From contig JAYTCP010000536.1 of assembly GCA_043736435.1 (NCBI GenBank), positions 1-32,798 of the forward strand: DNA of 32,798 bases, read 5' to 3'. The translations under genes and the position numbers were made by a program. The first letter of the stretch is position 1; each line of letters starts with the position of its first letter. The notes under the pieces were generated by a model. The model searched no databases and had not been told where the DNA came from. It saw only the letters and a program-made list of their open reading frames with translations. Source of the DNA: Planctomycetia bacterium (GTDB lineage Bacteria; Planctomycetota; PLA2; JAEUHO01). Shown here in pieces: positions 1 to 7,307 of this stretch.

Positions 1-26
1 GCGGTCGCCACCCCCGGAGCCCCGCC

Positions 27-722
27 ATGACCGTCCCCGCCTTCCGCTCGTTCCCTTCCGAGGGCTTGGCCTTCCTCGCCGATCTGGCCCGCAACAACCG
101 GCGAGACTGGTTCCTCGCGCACAAGGCGGAGTTCGAGCGGCACGCCAAGGCGCCCATGCTGGCGCTCTTGGCCGCGCTGAACCAGGAGCTCCTCACGGCG
201 TCGCCCGCCTGCGTGACCGAGCCGAGCAAGGCCCTCATGCGCATGAATCGGGACGTGCGGTTCTCCAAGGACAAGTCGCCCTACCGCACCTCGCTCGGCG
301 CCCGTCTGGGCGGGGGCGGAGGCAAGGCCGCCGAGGCGGGCGGCTACTACGTGGGCGTCTCGCCCGCGGGCGTGGAGATCGCCGGAGGGGCGCACACGCT
401 GGAGCCGGCGCAGCTCGCCGCGCTCCGCGGGCACGTGGCGAAGGATGCGCGACCCCTCCGTACGCTCGTAACGCGCAAGGCGCTGGTCGACGCGATGGGC
501 CCGCTGCAAGGCGAACGCTTGGTGCGCGTGCCCAAGGACTTCGCCCCCGACCATCCCGCGGGCGACCTGCTTCGCTTGAAACAGGCGTACTTCCTCACCA
601 CGCTCCCACCCGCTCTCTCGACCTCGCCCAAGCTCCTTCCCGAGCTCGCCCGCCGGATCCGCCTGCTCGCGCCGTTCGTGAACCACCTCGCCACCGTGGT
701 GGGGAAGGCGAGAGCCGACTGA
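27..722 (+). CDS. DUF2461 (TIGR02453) family protein
   Basis: 231-aa ORF with the family signature blocks 'FLADLARNNRRDWF' and 'MRMNRDVRFSKDKSPYRT'. Its amino-acid composition looks natural, unlike the Arg/Ser-rich antisense ORF 347..694. Confidence 0.85.
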   Translation: MTVPAFRSFPSEGLAFLADLARNNRRDWFLAHKAEFERHAKAPMLALLAALNQELLTASPACVTEPSKALMRMNRDVRFSKDKSPYRTSLGARLGGGGGKAAEAGGYYVGVSPAGVEIAGGAHTLEPAQLAALRGHVAKDARPLRTLVTRKALVDAMGPLQGERLVRVPKDFAPDHPAGDLLRLKQAYFLTTLPPALSTSPKLLPELARRIRLLAPFVNHLATVVGKARAD

Positions 723-748
723 CGGCGGTCGGGGACGGACCCGACGTC

Positions 749-1276
749 CTACGGACGGTCCGCGCTCGCGGCGGGGCCGAAGAGGGAGCGCAGGGTCAGC
801 GCCAGCGTGAGGAGCAGGCCCACGATCGCCATCCCCGACGTCGGGACCGCGAGCCATTCGAGGGTCTTCTTGGCGGCATCCGTGCTCCCGAGGCCCGGCG
901 CGCGCATGCCCGCCAGGAGCCAGTAGACGGCGTAGCCGAGCGCGCCGGCGCCCGTGAGGAGCGCGGCCGCGGCGCGGAGGCGCGCGGCGCCGGATCCGAG
1001 TGACGCGAGGAGCAGGCACAAGCCGAGGGCCACGGCGCCGATGGCGCCCCCGTGGAGGTGGGCGCGCTGGTAGTAGATCCACGACTTGTCGAGCACGACC
1101 TTCATCTTGGCCGTGTCCCCGCCGTACTTCGTCGACAGCGCCGCCTCGCCCTCGGCCTTCAGGTGGCCCTTGAGAGTCGGCTCGAAGGCGCCGAAGAGCG
1201 CCCCCATGCCGAACCCGAAGACGATGGCCAAGAGGGCGAGGCAGACGCCCCAGCGAACGGTACGGATCGAGGTCAT
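749..1276 (-). CDS. hypothetical integral membrane protein (about 4 TM helices)
   Basis: 175-aa ORF. ATG 1276 is preceded by GGGAG 5 nt upstream. Hydrophobic helices include VCLALLAIVFGFGMGALFGAF, GAIGAVALGLCLLLASLG, ALLTGAGALGYAVYWLLAG and MAIVGLLLTLALTL. No family recognised. Confidence 0.75.
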   Translation of the reverse strand: MTSIRTVRWGVCLALLAIVFGFGMGALFGAFEPTLKGHLKAEGEAALSTKYGGDTAKMKVVLDKSWIYYQRAHLHGGAIGAVALGLCLLLASLGSGAARLRAAAALLTGAGALGYAVYWLLAGMRAPGLGSTDAAKKTLEWLAVPTSGMAIVGLLLTLALTLRSLFGPAASADRP

Positions 1277-1529
1277 GGTCGCTCCCGGGGTGGCTCCTGC
1301 GAATCCCGTGGCCGACGCGTCGCGGACGGGGGGCTCAGCCTACGGCGGCCCGCGAAGATCAGCCGCTCTTCGCCACCCTCGATGCGAACCGCGGCCCCGA
1401 CGGGAGGGTAGGTCGGGCGGCCGGCCGGGGGGAGGTCCCCCGGTCGCTCGCCGCGGCATCGAAGGAACGTGGTCGTTGCCCCGTCAGGGCGCCACCTCGT
1501 TCGGAATCCCCTCGCAGGAGCGCATTCGC

Positions 1530-2579
1530 ATGTGGAGGCTCATCCGGTCGATCGTGCCGTGTTTGCTCGCCCTCGGATCCGCCGTGCGCGTCGCGCCCGC
1601 CGACGACGTGCCGCCGGAGGCGAGGGATGCGGTCGCCGCACCCGGAGCGCGGATCCTCGCCTTCGCGGAAGGCAGCATCCGGTTCGGCGTGACCCGGGAC
1701 GCGGTCGCCGGGCGACTCACGTTCCGCGCCCTCCCGCCCGCCACGCGCCTCGATGAAGCGCCCGTCATCGTGCTCGCGGACCCTGCCGGCCCACGGGAGG
1801 TGCGCTTGACGGCGGCAGCCGGCGAGCCGGGCGCATGGGTCTTCGAGGACGGCGCGGTGAAGGCGCCTCGCATGGATGCGTCGGTCCGCATCGTCGTCGG
1901 CGGGAAGTCCCACACGGCGTCCCTGGCGCCCGTCGAGACCCCCGAGGTCGCGCCAGGTCACGGCGGGCAGCTCGTAGAGTTCTCCCCGTGCGGCCTGTCC
2001 GCCGAGGTCGTGCTCGACCGGACCACGGGTGCGTTGACGCTCTACTCTCCGGCCGGCACCGTCCTGACGGAGCCTCCGCTGGTCCTGAGCTCGGAGGGGG
2101 AGACCCCCGTCCTCTATCCCCTCGCGAAGCTCGAGGGCCCGGAGGGCACCTGGGGCACGACGCGCGAGTCGCTGAAGACGCCCTCGCCGGCGACCCGGAT
2201 CCGTCTCCTCGTCGCCGGGCGGACGTGCGAGGCCCCGCTCCCCGTCCCCGAGGGCCTCGCCGCAGGCGGTCGGAGCGTGATCCGCGTCGAGGGCGGCCCG
2301 AGCTTCGAGCTGGTGCGCGGGCCGAAGGTCGGCGAGTACACGATCCGCGCGATCGACGAGACCTTCGAGGGCGCAGCGTACGCGATCGAGGGTCCGACGG
2401 TCCAAGTCGACGGTCGGAGCTACAACCTTCGACCGGTGGACGGCGAGGCCCGAACCTGGCGACTGGCCGGCCTGGAGGCCGCCAGCATCGACGCACGGGG
2501 AGCGAAGCTCAACTTCTCCATCGGCGGGAAGTCGTTCTCGGCGACGTTCGATCTGCTGGGCTCGGGGACGACCCGGTAG
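1530..2579 (+). CDS. secreted hypothetical protein built from three ~95-aa internal repeats
   Basis: ORF 1086..2579 trimmed to in-frame ATG 1530, with AGGAG 9 nt upstream. The signal peptide is MWRLIRSIVPCLLALGSAVRVAPA. The 148 codons upstream are Arg/Pro-rich and overlap the divergent gene. The three repeats end in VVGGKSHTASL, LVAGRTCEAPL and SIGGKSFSATF. Confidence 0.8.
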   Translation: MWRLIRSIVPCLLALGSAVRVAPADDVPPEARDAVAAPGARILAFAEGSIRFGVTRDAVAGRLTFRALPPATRLDEAPVIVLADPAGPREVRLTAAAGEPGAWVFEDGAVKAPRMDASVRIVVGGKSHTASLAPVETPEVAPGHGGQLVEFSPCGLSAEVVLDRTTGALTLYSPAGTVLTEPPLVLSSEGETPVLYPLAKLEGPEGTWGTTRESLKTPSPATRIRLLVAGRTCEAPLPVPEGLAAGGRSVIRVEGGPSFELVRGPKVGEYTIRAIDETFEGAAYAIEGPTVQVDGRSYNLRPVDGEARTWRLAGLEAASIDARGAKLNFSIGGKSFSATFDLLGSGTTR

Positions 2580-2645
2580 CGAAGGCTCCTCCGGCGGGCA
2601 GCACGGCGGGAAGCCTCGGTCGCAGCCCTGCCGACGAGTTCCGGG

Positions 2646-2663
2646 GGCGCGGGGGCCCGCGCC
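2646..2663. terminator. GC-rich inverted repeat between convergent genes (possible bidirectional terminator)
   Basis: GGCGCGGG-GG-CCCGCGCC has 8-nt complementary arms, so the realistic stem is 6-7 bp. It lies 67 nt after stop 2579 (+) and 26 nt after stop 2689 (-). There is no U-tract. Confidence 0.35.
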
Positions 2664-2664
2664 A

Positions 2665-2698
2665 GAAGATCTCAGAAGATCGAAGATCTCAGAAGATC
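2665..2698. repeat. perfect 17-bp tandem duplication GAAGATCTCAGAAGATC x2
   Basis: Positions 2665-2681 and 2682-2698 are identical. The repeat carries four GAAGATC heptamers, four GATC sites and two AGATCT sites. The second copy includes the last three codons and the stop of the minus-strand gene 2689..2940. Confidence 0.9.
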
Positions 2699-2940
2699 AG
2701 CGACAGGGCGCCGTGGAGGACCTTCACCACGACGGCGACACCTCCGAGACCGATCCCCAGGAGTCCGGCGATCACGCCGCGCCTCTGGGACGCGGCCGCC
2801 CGCAGGACGGCCATCGCGCCCAGGATCACGGCGAACACGCCGAGGAAGAAGCCGAGGACCGGCGAGGAGAACAACGCGATCACGGCGGTGATCACGGAGG
2901 CCGTGGCGAAGGCAGTCCGCGGATGGATGGTGGCCACGAG
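2689..2940 (-). CDS. small two-TM membrane protein, DUF4190-like
   Basis: C-terminal part of ORF 2689..3126. It has two Gly/Ala/Val/Ile-rich helices: ASVITAVIALFSSPVLGFFLGVFAVILGAMAVL and GVIAGLLGIGLGGVAVVV. By hand count, third-position GC is about 93% downstream of GTG 2940 and about 71% upstream. GGAG lies 3 nt before GTG 2940. ATG 3072 or 3126 remain possible starts. Confidence 0.6.
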   Translation of the reverse strand, partial: LVATIHPRTAFATASVITAVIALFSSPVLGFFLGVFAVILGAMAVLRAAASQRRGVIAGLLGIGLGGVAVVVKVLHGALSLIF

Positions 2941-3156
2941 GATCTCCGGTGGGGGTGCCCTTGGATGCCCGTCGGCGCGCCGAGGGTGCGGCGGGGTAGG
3001 GCATACGTCTCGGCTCGCGCCGCTCGCCACGCGTTCGGGCCGAAGCCCGTATCCGTCTGCGCTGGGAGACATCGAAGGGGGTGAGGATCGCCACGGTGAC
3101 GGACCTGAGGCCCGCAAGGGACTCACGGAGCCGAGCCCGGGGCGGTCCTCACTGCG

Positions 3157-5817
3157 TTACCGCGCAGCGTTGCGGGACGCCTGCGCGCGGCTGGATCCCG
3201 GATCGATCGAGGGAAGGCGCTGGGCAGCGGCGCGGAAGTCCGCCCACGGGTCGGGGGATCGGCCCGCCACGCGGGCGGGGACCGTCTCGATCGTGAAGCG
3301 GTCGGGGCGGAGGCGCGCGTTCACCTCGTCCCAGGCGAGGGGCGTGGCCACCGGCGCTCCAGGCCGCGCCCGGGTCGAGTACGGGAGGACGCTCGTCGCG
3401 CCGCGGCCGTTCCGGAGCCAGTCGATGAAGATCCGCCCGGTGCGCAGCTTCTTCGAGGCGCTCGCCACGTAGCGCGAGGGTGCGTGCGTCACCAACGCCT
3501 CGGCGACGGCGCGGGAGAATCCCTTGACGGTCTCCCACGTGTGCGCGCGAACGAGGGGTACCTCGAGGTGGAGCCCCTTGCCCCCGGTGGTCTTCACGAA
3601 CGACCGGAGGCCCACCGACTCGAGCCCCTCGCGCAGCTCCTTCGCGGCGTCGACGACACGAAGGAACGGGAGCTCGGGCGCCGGGTCGAGATCGAACACG
3701 ATGCGGTCCGGGCGGTCGGGCCGATCGGACCGGGCGCCCCAGCCGTGCAACTCGAGCGCACCCATCTGGACGAGGGACACGAGGCCCTCGCGCCCGTCGA
3801 TCGTCAAGCACTGACCGCTCCCGCCCTCCTCCGCGGTCTGGACGACGTGCACGCCCCGCGGGGGCTCTCCTTCGACGTGCTTCTGGAAGAAGCAGCCCGC
3901 TGCGCGGCCGGACGGGCAGCGGTAGAGCATCAGGGGGCGGTCGGCCGAGTTCGCGAGCAGGCGCTCGGCCACGGCTTCGTAGTAGGCGGCGAGCTGCCGC
4001 TTCGTGATTCCCTGCTCGGGCCAGAGGACCCGATCCGGATGAGTCACGTGGACGCCCGCGATGACGAGATCGCCGGGCGTCGGTGCCTCTCCTGCCCAGG
4101 ACGTGACGGGCGTCGTCTCCGCGCGCCGCGGTCGAACGGCCGTCGCGGGCTTCCGGGACTCCCTCCGGGGCGCGTCCCCGGGCACGTCGTCGCGGGCGTC
4201 CTTGCTCGCGCGCGCGTTCGTCGCGTCCTCACGTACGACCGAGGTCGCGGACTTGTCCGCGCGCAATCCGACGAAGACCGGGTGCCGCAGCCTCCCGTCC
4301 CGCGTCCACTCGGTGAACGTGACCTCAGCCACCTGCACCGGGTCGACCCATCGGGCGCCTGGGACGGCCACCGACCCCTGAAACGGCGAGGTCGCGCGCA
4401 CGGTCCGGCCCAGGCTGCGCGCGAGCTCTGCTCGGGTGCGGGCGGAGAACCCGGTGCCCACGCGGCCCGCGAACCTGAGGCGCCCCTCCGCGTCGTGAAC
4501 CCCCAGCAGCAGAGCGCCGATCGAACGGGGATCGGCGGAGTGGGCGGTGAACCCACCGATCACGAGCTCCTGTCGCGCCCCGCAGCGGACCTTCCGCCAG
4601 TCGAGCGTCCGTCGGCCGACGTGGGGGCCGTCGGCGCGCTTGGAGACGATGCCCTCGAGGCCGCGCGCGCAAGCCTCCTCGTGGAAGGCGACCCCGTTGC
4701 CGACGACGTGTTCGCTGAGCCGCACGGGACCCGCCGCCCGGCCGACGACTCCTCGGAGGGCCGCTTTCCGCAGGTGCAGGGGGACCGCCGTCAGATCCCG
4801 GCCGTCGAGGTGGAGGAGATCGAACGCGTAGTAGCGGAGCTCGCGGTCGTCTTGGCTCGAGAGGGCCTCCTGGAGCCCCTGGAAGTGTGTCGTCCCGTCC
4901 GCCTGCATCCGGACCAGCTCTCCGTCGACCACGGCGGACTCGACCGGGAGCGAGCCGAGGGCCCGCGCCACGTGGGGGAGGCGGGACGTCCAGTCGATCC
5001 GGTTGCGGCTGAAGAGGTACGCCTTCCCCTTGTCGATCCGCGCGAGGACCCGGTACCCGTCGAACTTGATCTCGTGGAGCCAGTCGTCGCCCTCCGGCGC
5101 CGCCTCGACGAGCGTCGCGAGCTGGGCCGCGGGCACCGCGAGCGCAGCACGGACGGCTCCCGGGAGAGTCGGCCGGGTCTGCCCGCGACTCGGCTTGGCT
5201 CGGGCCCGGGTCGCCCTCCCCTTCGCGGGCGCCGCGGGGCGCTCCTCGTCCACCTCCTCGATGGATCGCCCGGAGTCGACGCTCCGAGGCTCCCGGTCGA
5301 CGATCGCCGCGCTCTTCCCCCTCCGCGCCTCCGCATCCTTCTCCTTGACGAGCAGCCAGCTCCGTCCGTCGTCGTTCCTGCCTCCGTGCATCCGGATCAG
5401 GGCCCAGCCACCGCGGAGCTTGTGTCCGTCCACGTGGAAGACCAAGTGGCCCTTCGCGTAGCCCTTGCCGCGCTGCGGGTCCTCCGTCCACGTGCCCCGA
5501 TCCCAGACGATGACGGGCCCCGCCCCGTACTGTCCCTCGGGGATGACCCCCTCGAAGGTGCCGTACTCGAGCGGGTGGTCCTCCACGTGGACCGCCAAGC
5601 GTTTGTCCGACGGGTCGAGGCTCGGACCCTTCGGCACCGCCCAGGACTTGAGGACCCCGTCGATCTCGAGCCGCAGGTCGTAGTGCAGGCGCGTCGCGTC
5701 GTGCTTGTGCACCAGGAAGCGACCGCCCGAAGGGGACGCCCGCTTCGTCCCCGCACGCCCTGCGGGCTCGGGGGTTCGCCGGAAATCGCGCTTGCGTCGA
5801 TAGGCCTCGAGGCCCAT
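3157..5817 (-). CDS. ligD: multidomain ATP-dependent DNA ligase D (phosphoesterase - ligase - primase/polymerase)
   Basis: 886-aa ORF. The N-terminal PE block is KRDFRRTPEP...FLVHKHDATRLHYDLRLE. Adenylation motif I is EIKFDGYR (KxDG). The C-terminal Pol block contains IVFDLDP and TTGGKGLH. ATG 5817 lies 6 nt after the ku stop. Confidence 0.95.
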   Translation of the reverse strand: MGLEAYRRKRDFRRTPEPAGRAGTKRASPSGGRFLVHKHDATRLHYDLRLEIDGVLKSWAVPKGPSLDPSDKRLAVHVEDHPLEYGTFEGVIPEGQYGAGPVIVWDRGTWTEDPQRGKGYAKGHLVFHVDGHKLRGGWALIRMHGGRNDDGRSWLLVKEKDAEARRGKSAAIVDREPRSVDSGRSIEEVDEERPAAPAKGRATRARAKPSRGQTRPTLPGAVRAALAVPAAQLATLVEAAPEGDDWLHEIKFDGYRVLARIDKGKAYLFSRNRIDWTSRLPHVARALGSLPVESAVVDGELVRMQADGTTHFQGLQEALSSQDDRELRYYAFDLLHLDGRDLTAVPLHLRKAALRGVVGRAAGPVRLSEHVVGNGVAFHEEACARGLEGIVSKRADGPHVGRRTLDWRKVRCGARQELVIGGFTAHSADPRSIGALLLGVHDAEGRLRFAGRVGTGFSARTRAELARSLGRTVRATSPFQGSVAVPGARWVDPVQVAEVTFTEWTRDGRLRHPVFVGLRADKSATSVVREDATNARASKDARDDVPGDAPRRESRKPATAVRPRRAETTPVTSWAGEAPTPGDLVIAGVHVTHPDRVLWPEQGITKRQLAAYYEAVAERLLANSADRPLMLYRCPSGRAAGCFFQKHVEGEPPRGVHVVQTAEEGGSGQCLTIDGREGLVSLVQMGALELHGWGARSDRPDRPDRIVFDLDPAPELPFLRVVDAAKELREGLESVGLRSFVKTTGGKGLHLEVPLVRAHTWETVKGFSRAVAEALVTHAPSRYVASASKKLRTGRIFIDWLRNGRGATSVLPYSTRARPGAPVATPLAWDEVNARLRPDRFTIETVPARVAGRSPDPWADFRAAAQRLPSIDPGSSRAQASRNAAR

Positions 5818-5823
5818 CGGCGG

Positions 5824-6753
5824 TCAGGCCCCGCGACGCCGGACGGTCTTCGGGGGGGTGCGACGGCGCTCGGCGCCGACGACGCGCCGTTCGACGCTCT
5901 GGCGGAGCAGGGGCATGAGATCGAGCACTTCGCCTTCCGCCGCCTTCGACCGCTCCTTCGGGGTCGCTTCGATCTCGTGCGTGCGTCCCGCCTTCACCTT
6001 CCGCTGGACCATGGCCAGGATGTCCTTGCGGTAGTCGTCCGTGAAGTCCTCCGGCTTCCACCGCGTGGACATGCTCTTCACCAGCTGCTCGGCGAGCGCG
6101 AGCTCCTTGCTCGCGGCGCCCTCCGTCGCACGGGCCGCCTCGGGCAGGTCGAGCTCCTCGGGATCCCGGAGCTCGTGCGCGAAACGGAGCACGTTGAGGA
6201 CGATCGCCGGTCCACGGACCGTCAGGGCCGCCAGGCGCTGGCGCGTCCGGATCACGACGCGCGCCAGCCCGACTCGCTGCGTCTTCGTGAGGGTCTCCCG
6301 CAAGAGGGCGTACGCCTTGCTCTTCTTGTTCGTGGGGACCAGGTAGTAGGGCGTCTCCCAGTACACGGACTCGATCTCGTGCGCCTCCACGAAGGCCGTG
6401 ATCTCGACCGTGCGGGACGCCTCGGGATTCGCTGCCTTGACCTCGTCCTCGGTCAGGACGACGTACTCGCCCTTCTCGTGCTCGTAGCCCTTGACGATCT
6501 CCTCCCAGGGCACCACATCCCGCGTGCGCTTGTTCACGCGCTCGTAGCCCACAGGGGAGAAGTCCCTGCGGTCGAGCAGCGTGAACTGGATCTCGTCCTC
6601 GCGCGCCGCGGCCGAGTGGAGCGCCACGGGGATCTCCACCAGCCCGAAGGTCACCGCGCCCTTCCAGAGCGCGTGGCCCCGGGTTCGTTCCTCTCCCGAC
6701 GAGCCTCCGCGGGGCCGACGCGACTCCGGGTTGGGATCCTTCTTGGGGCTCAT
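5824..6753 (-). CDS. ku: Ku DNA end-binding protein
   Basis: 309-aa ORF with the Ku core start 'LWKGAVTFGLVEIPVALHSA', then 'ETPYYLVP' and a basic C-terminal tail. Its ATG overlaps the stop of the upstream gene (ATGA at 6750-6753). Confidence 0.95.
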   Translation of the reverse strand: MSPKKDPNPESRRPRGGSSGEERTRGHALWKGAVTFGLVEIPVALHSAAAREDEIQFTLLDRRDFSPVGYERVNKRTRDVVPWEEIVKGYEHEKGEYVVLTEDEVKAANPEASRTVEITAFVEAHEIESVYWETPYYLVPTNKKSKAYALLRETLTKTQRVGLARVVIRTRQRLAALTVRGPAIVLNVLRFAHELRDPEELDLPEAARATEGAASKELALAEQLVKSMSTRWKPEDFTDDYRKDILAMVQRKVKAGRTHEIEATPKERSKAAEGEVLDLMPLLRQSVERRVVGAERRRTPPKTVRRRGA

Positions 6754-6953
6754 GCGCGCTTCATCCTGCGCGCCGGCACCTTCGCACCCGCGCGGCGCGC
6801 TTCGGACAGACCGATCGCGATCGCCTGCTTGCGGCTCTTGACCGTCTTGCCGCTACCGCCCGACTTCAGGTCGCCATCCTTGAACTCGCGCATCACGCGC
6901 GCGATCTTCGCTTCCGCTTTCGGGCCGTAGCCGCTGCCCTTCCTGGACTTCAT
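6750..6953 (-). CDS. small basic DUF6496-like protein
   Basis: 67-aa ORF. 'KSRKQAIAIGLSEARRAG' matches the DUF6496 core as I remember it. GGGAGG lies 4 nt upstream of ATG 6953. It is translationally coupled to ku. Confidence 0.8.
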   Translation of the reverse strand: MKSRKGSGYGPKAEAKIARVMREFKDGDLKSGGSGKTVKSRKQAIAIGLSEARRAGAKVPARRMKRA

Positions 6954-6962
6954 GGTCGCCTC

Positions 6963-6975
6963 CCAGGTCGAGAAT
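6963..6975 (-). promoter_or_regulatory. ATTCTCGACCTGG box abutting the Shine-Dalgarno of the DUF6496-ku-ligD operon
   Basis: The minus-sense sequence reads gcATTCTCGACCTGGGAGGCGACCATG. The same 13-mer occurs at 16871..16883 (+). The 9-mer ATTCTCGAC forms both arms of the palindrome at 28906..28923. Confidence 0.5.
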
Positions 6976-7307
6976 GCGGGGGCCGACGGGGCCCGAGACG
7001 CCCTCCTTCGATGCCGCCTTGGGGACGCGGGCCACCGGGGAGCGGCCCGAAAGGGGGCCCCGTGCGGCCCCCGGCGCCCCCGGAACCGTCGGTGTTGCCC
7101 GTCCCCCGCGTTTCCCGGGGGGACCTCGCAGCGGGCAGGTCCGACGAGGCCCAGGCGTTCGCGTTCACGAAGGGGTCGTCGACGGCGCGCCTCACGTGCC
7201 TTCGGGAGGGACCACGGGCCGCCTCGGGATCCCCACCGGTTTGGCGGTCCGGCGATCCCGGCAGTAGGGCGGCTCGCAACCTCGGCCGCGCATGCCCGCC
7301 CTCCGCC

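Noticed and set aside
1352-1373. GCGAAGA-N8-TCTTCGC inverted repeat in the divergent region 1277..1529
   Set aside because: The arms are only 7 bp, there is a single copy, and it has no relation to other motifs. Evidence is insufficient to call it an operator.
2941-3126. Longer N-terminus (ATG 3072 or 3126) for the DUF4190-like gene
   Set aside because: Hand-counted third-position GC drops to about 71% in this stretch, against about 93% in the TM region. No SD precedes ATG 3072. It is kept only as an alternative.
4325-6061. 578-aa minus-strand ORF out of frame with ligD and ku
   Set aside because: It crosses the ku/ligD boundary in a frame that gives Arg/Pro/Gly-rich sequence. It has no motifs.
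3484-6930. 1148-aa plus-strand ORF spanning the whole ligD-ku region
   Set aside because: It is antisense to two genes with unmistakable Ku and LigD motifs. Its translation is Arg/Leu/Gly/Pro-rich with no motifs. Long stop-free antisense frames are expected at this GC content.
7053-7072. GGGGGCC-N6-GGCCCCC hairpin followed by TTTC in the minus sense
   Set aside because: It lies about 235 nt downstream of the 7308 stop, and alternative pairings exist (GGCCC-GAAA-GGGCC). I cannot tell a terminator from chance GC self-complementarity.
6954-7307. LexA/SOS box or canonical sigma70 promoter upstream of the NHEJ operon
   Set aside because: I found no match to any LexA box consensus I know, and no -35/-10 pair with proper spacing. 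Only the ATTCTCGACCTGG box stands out.
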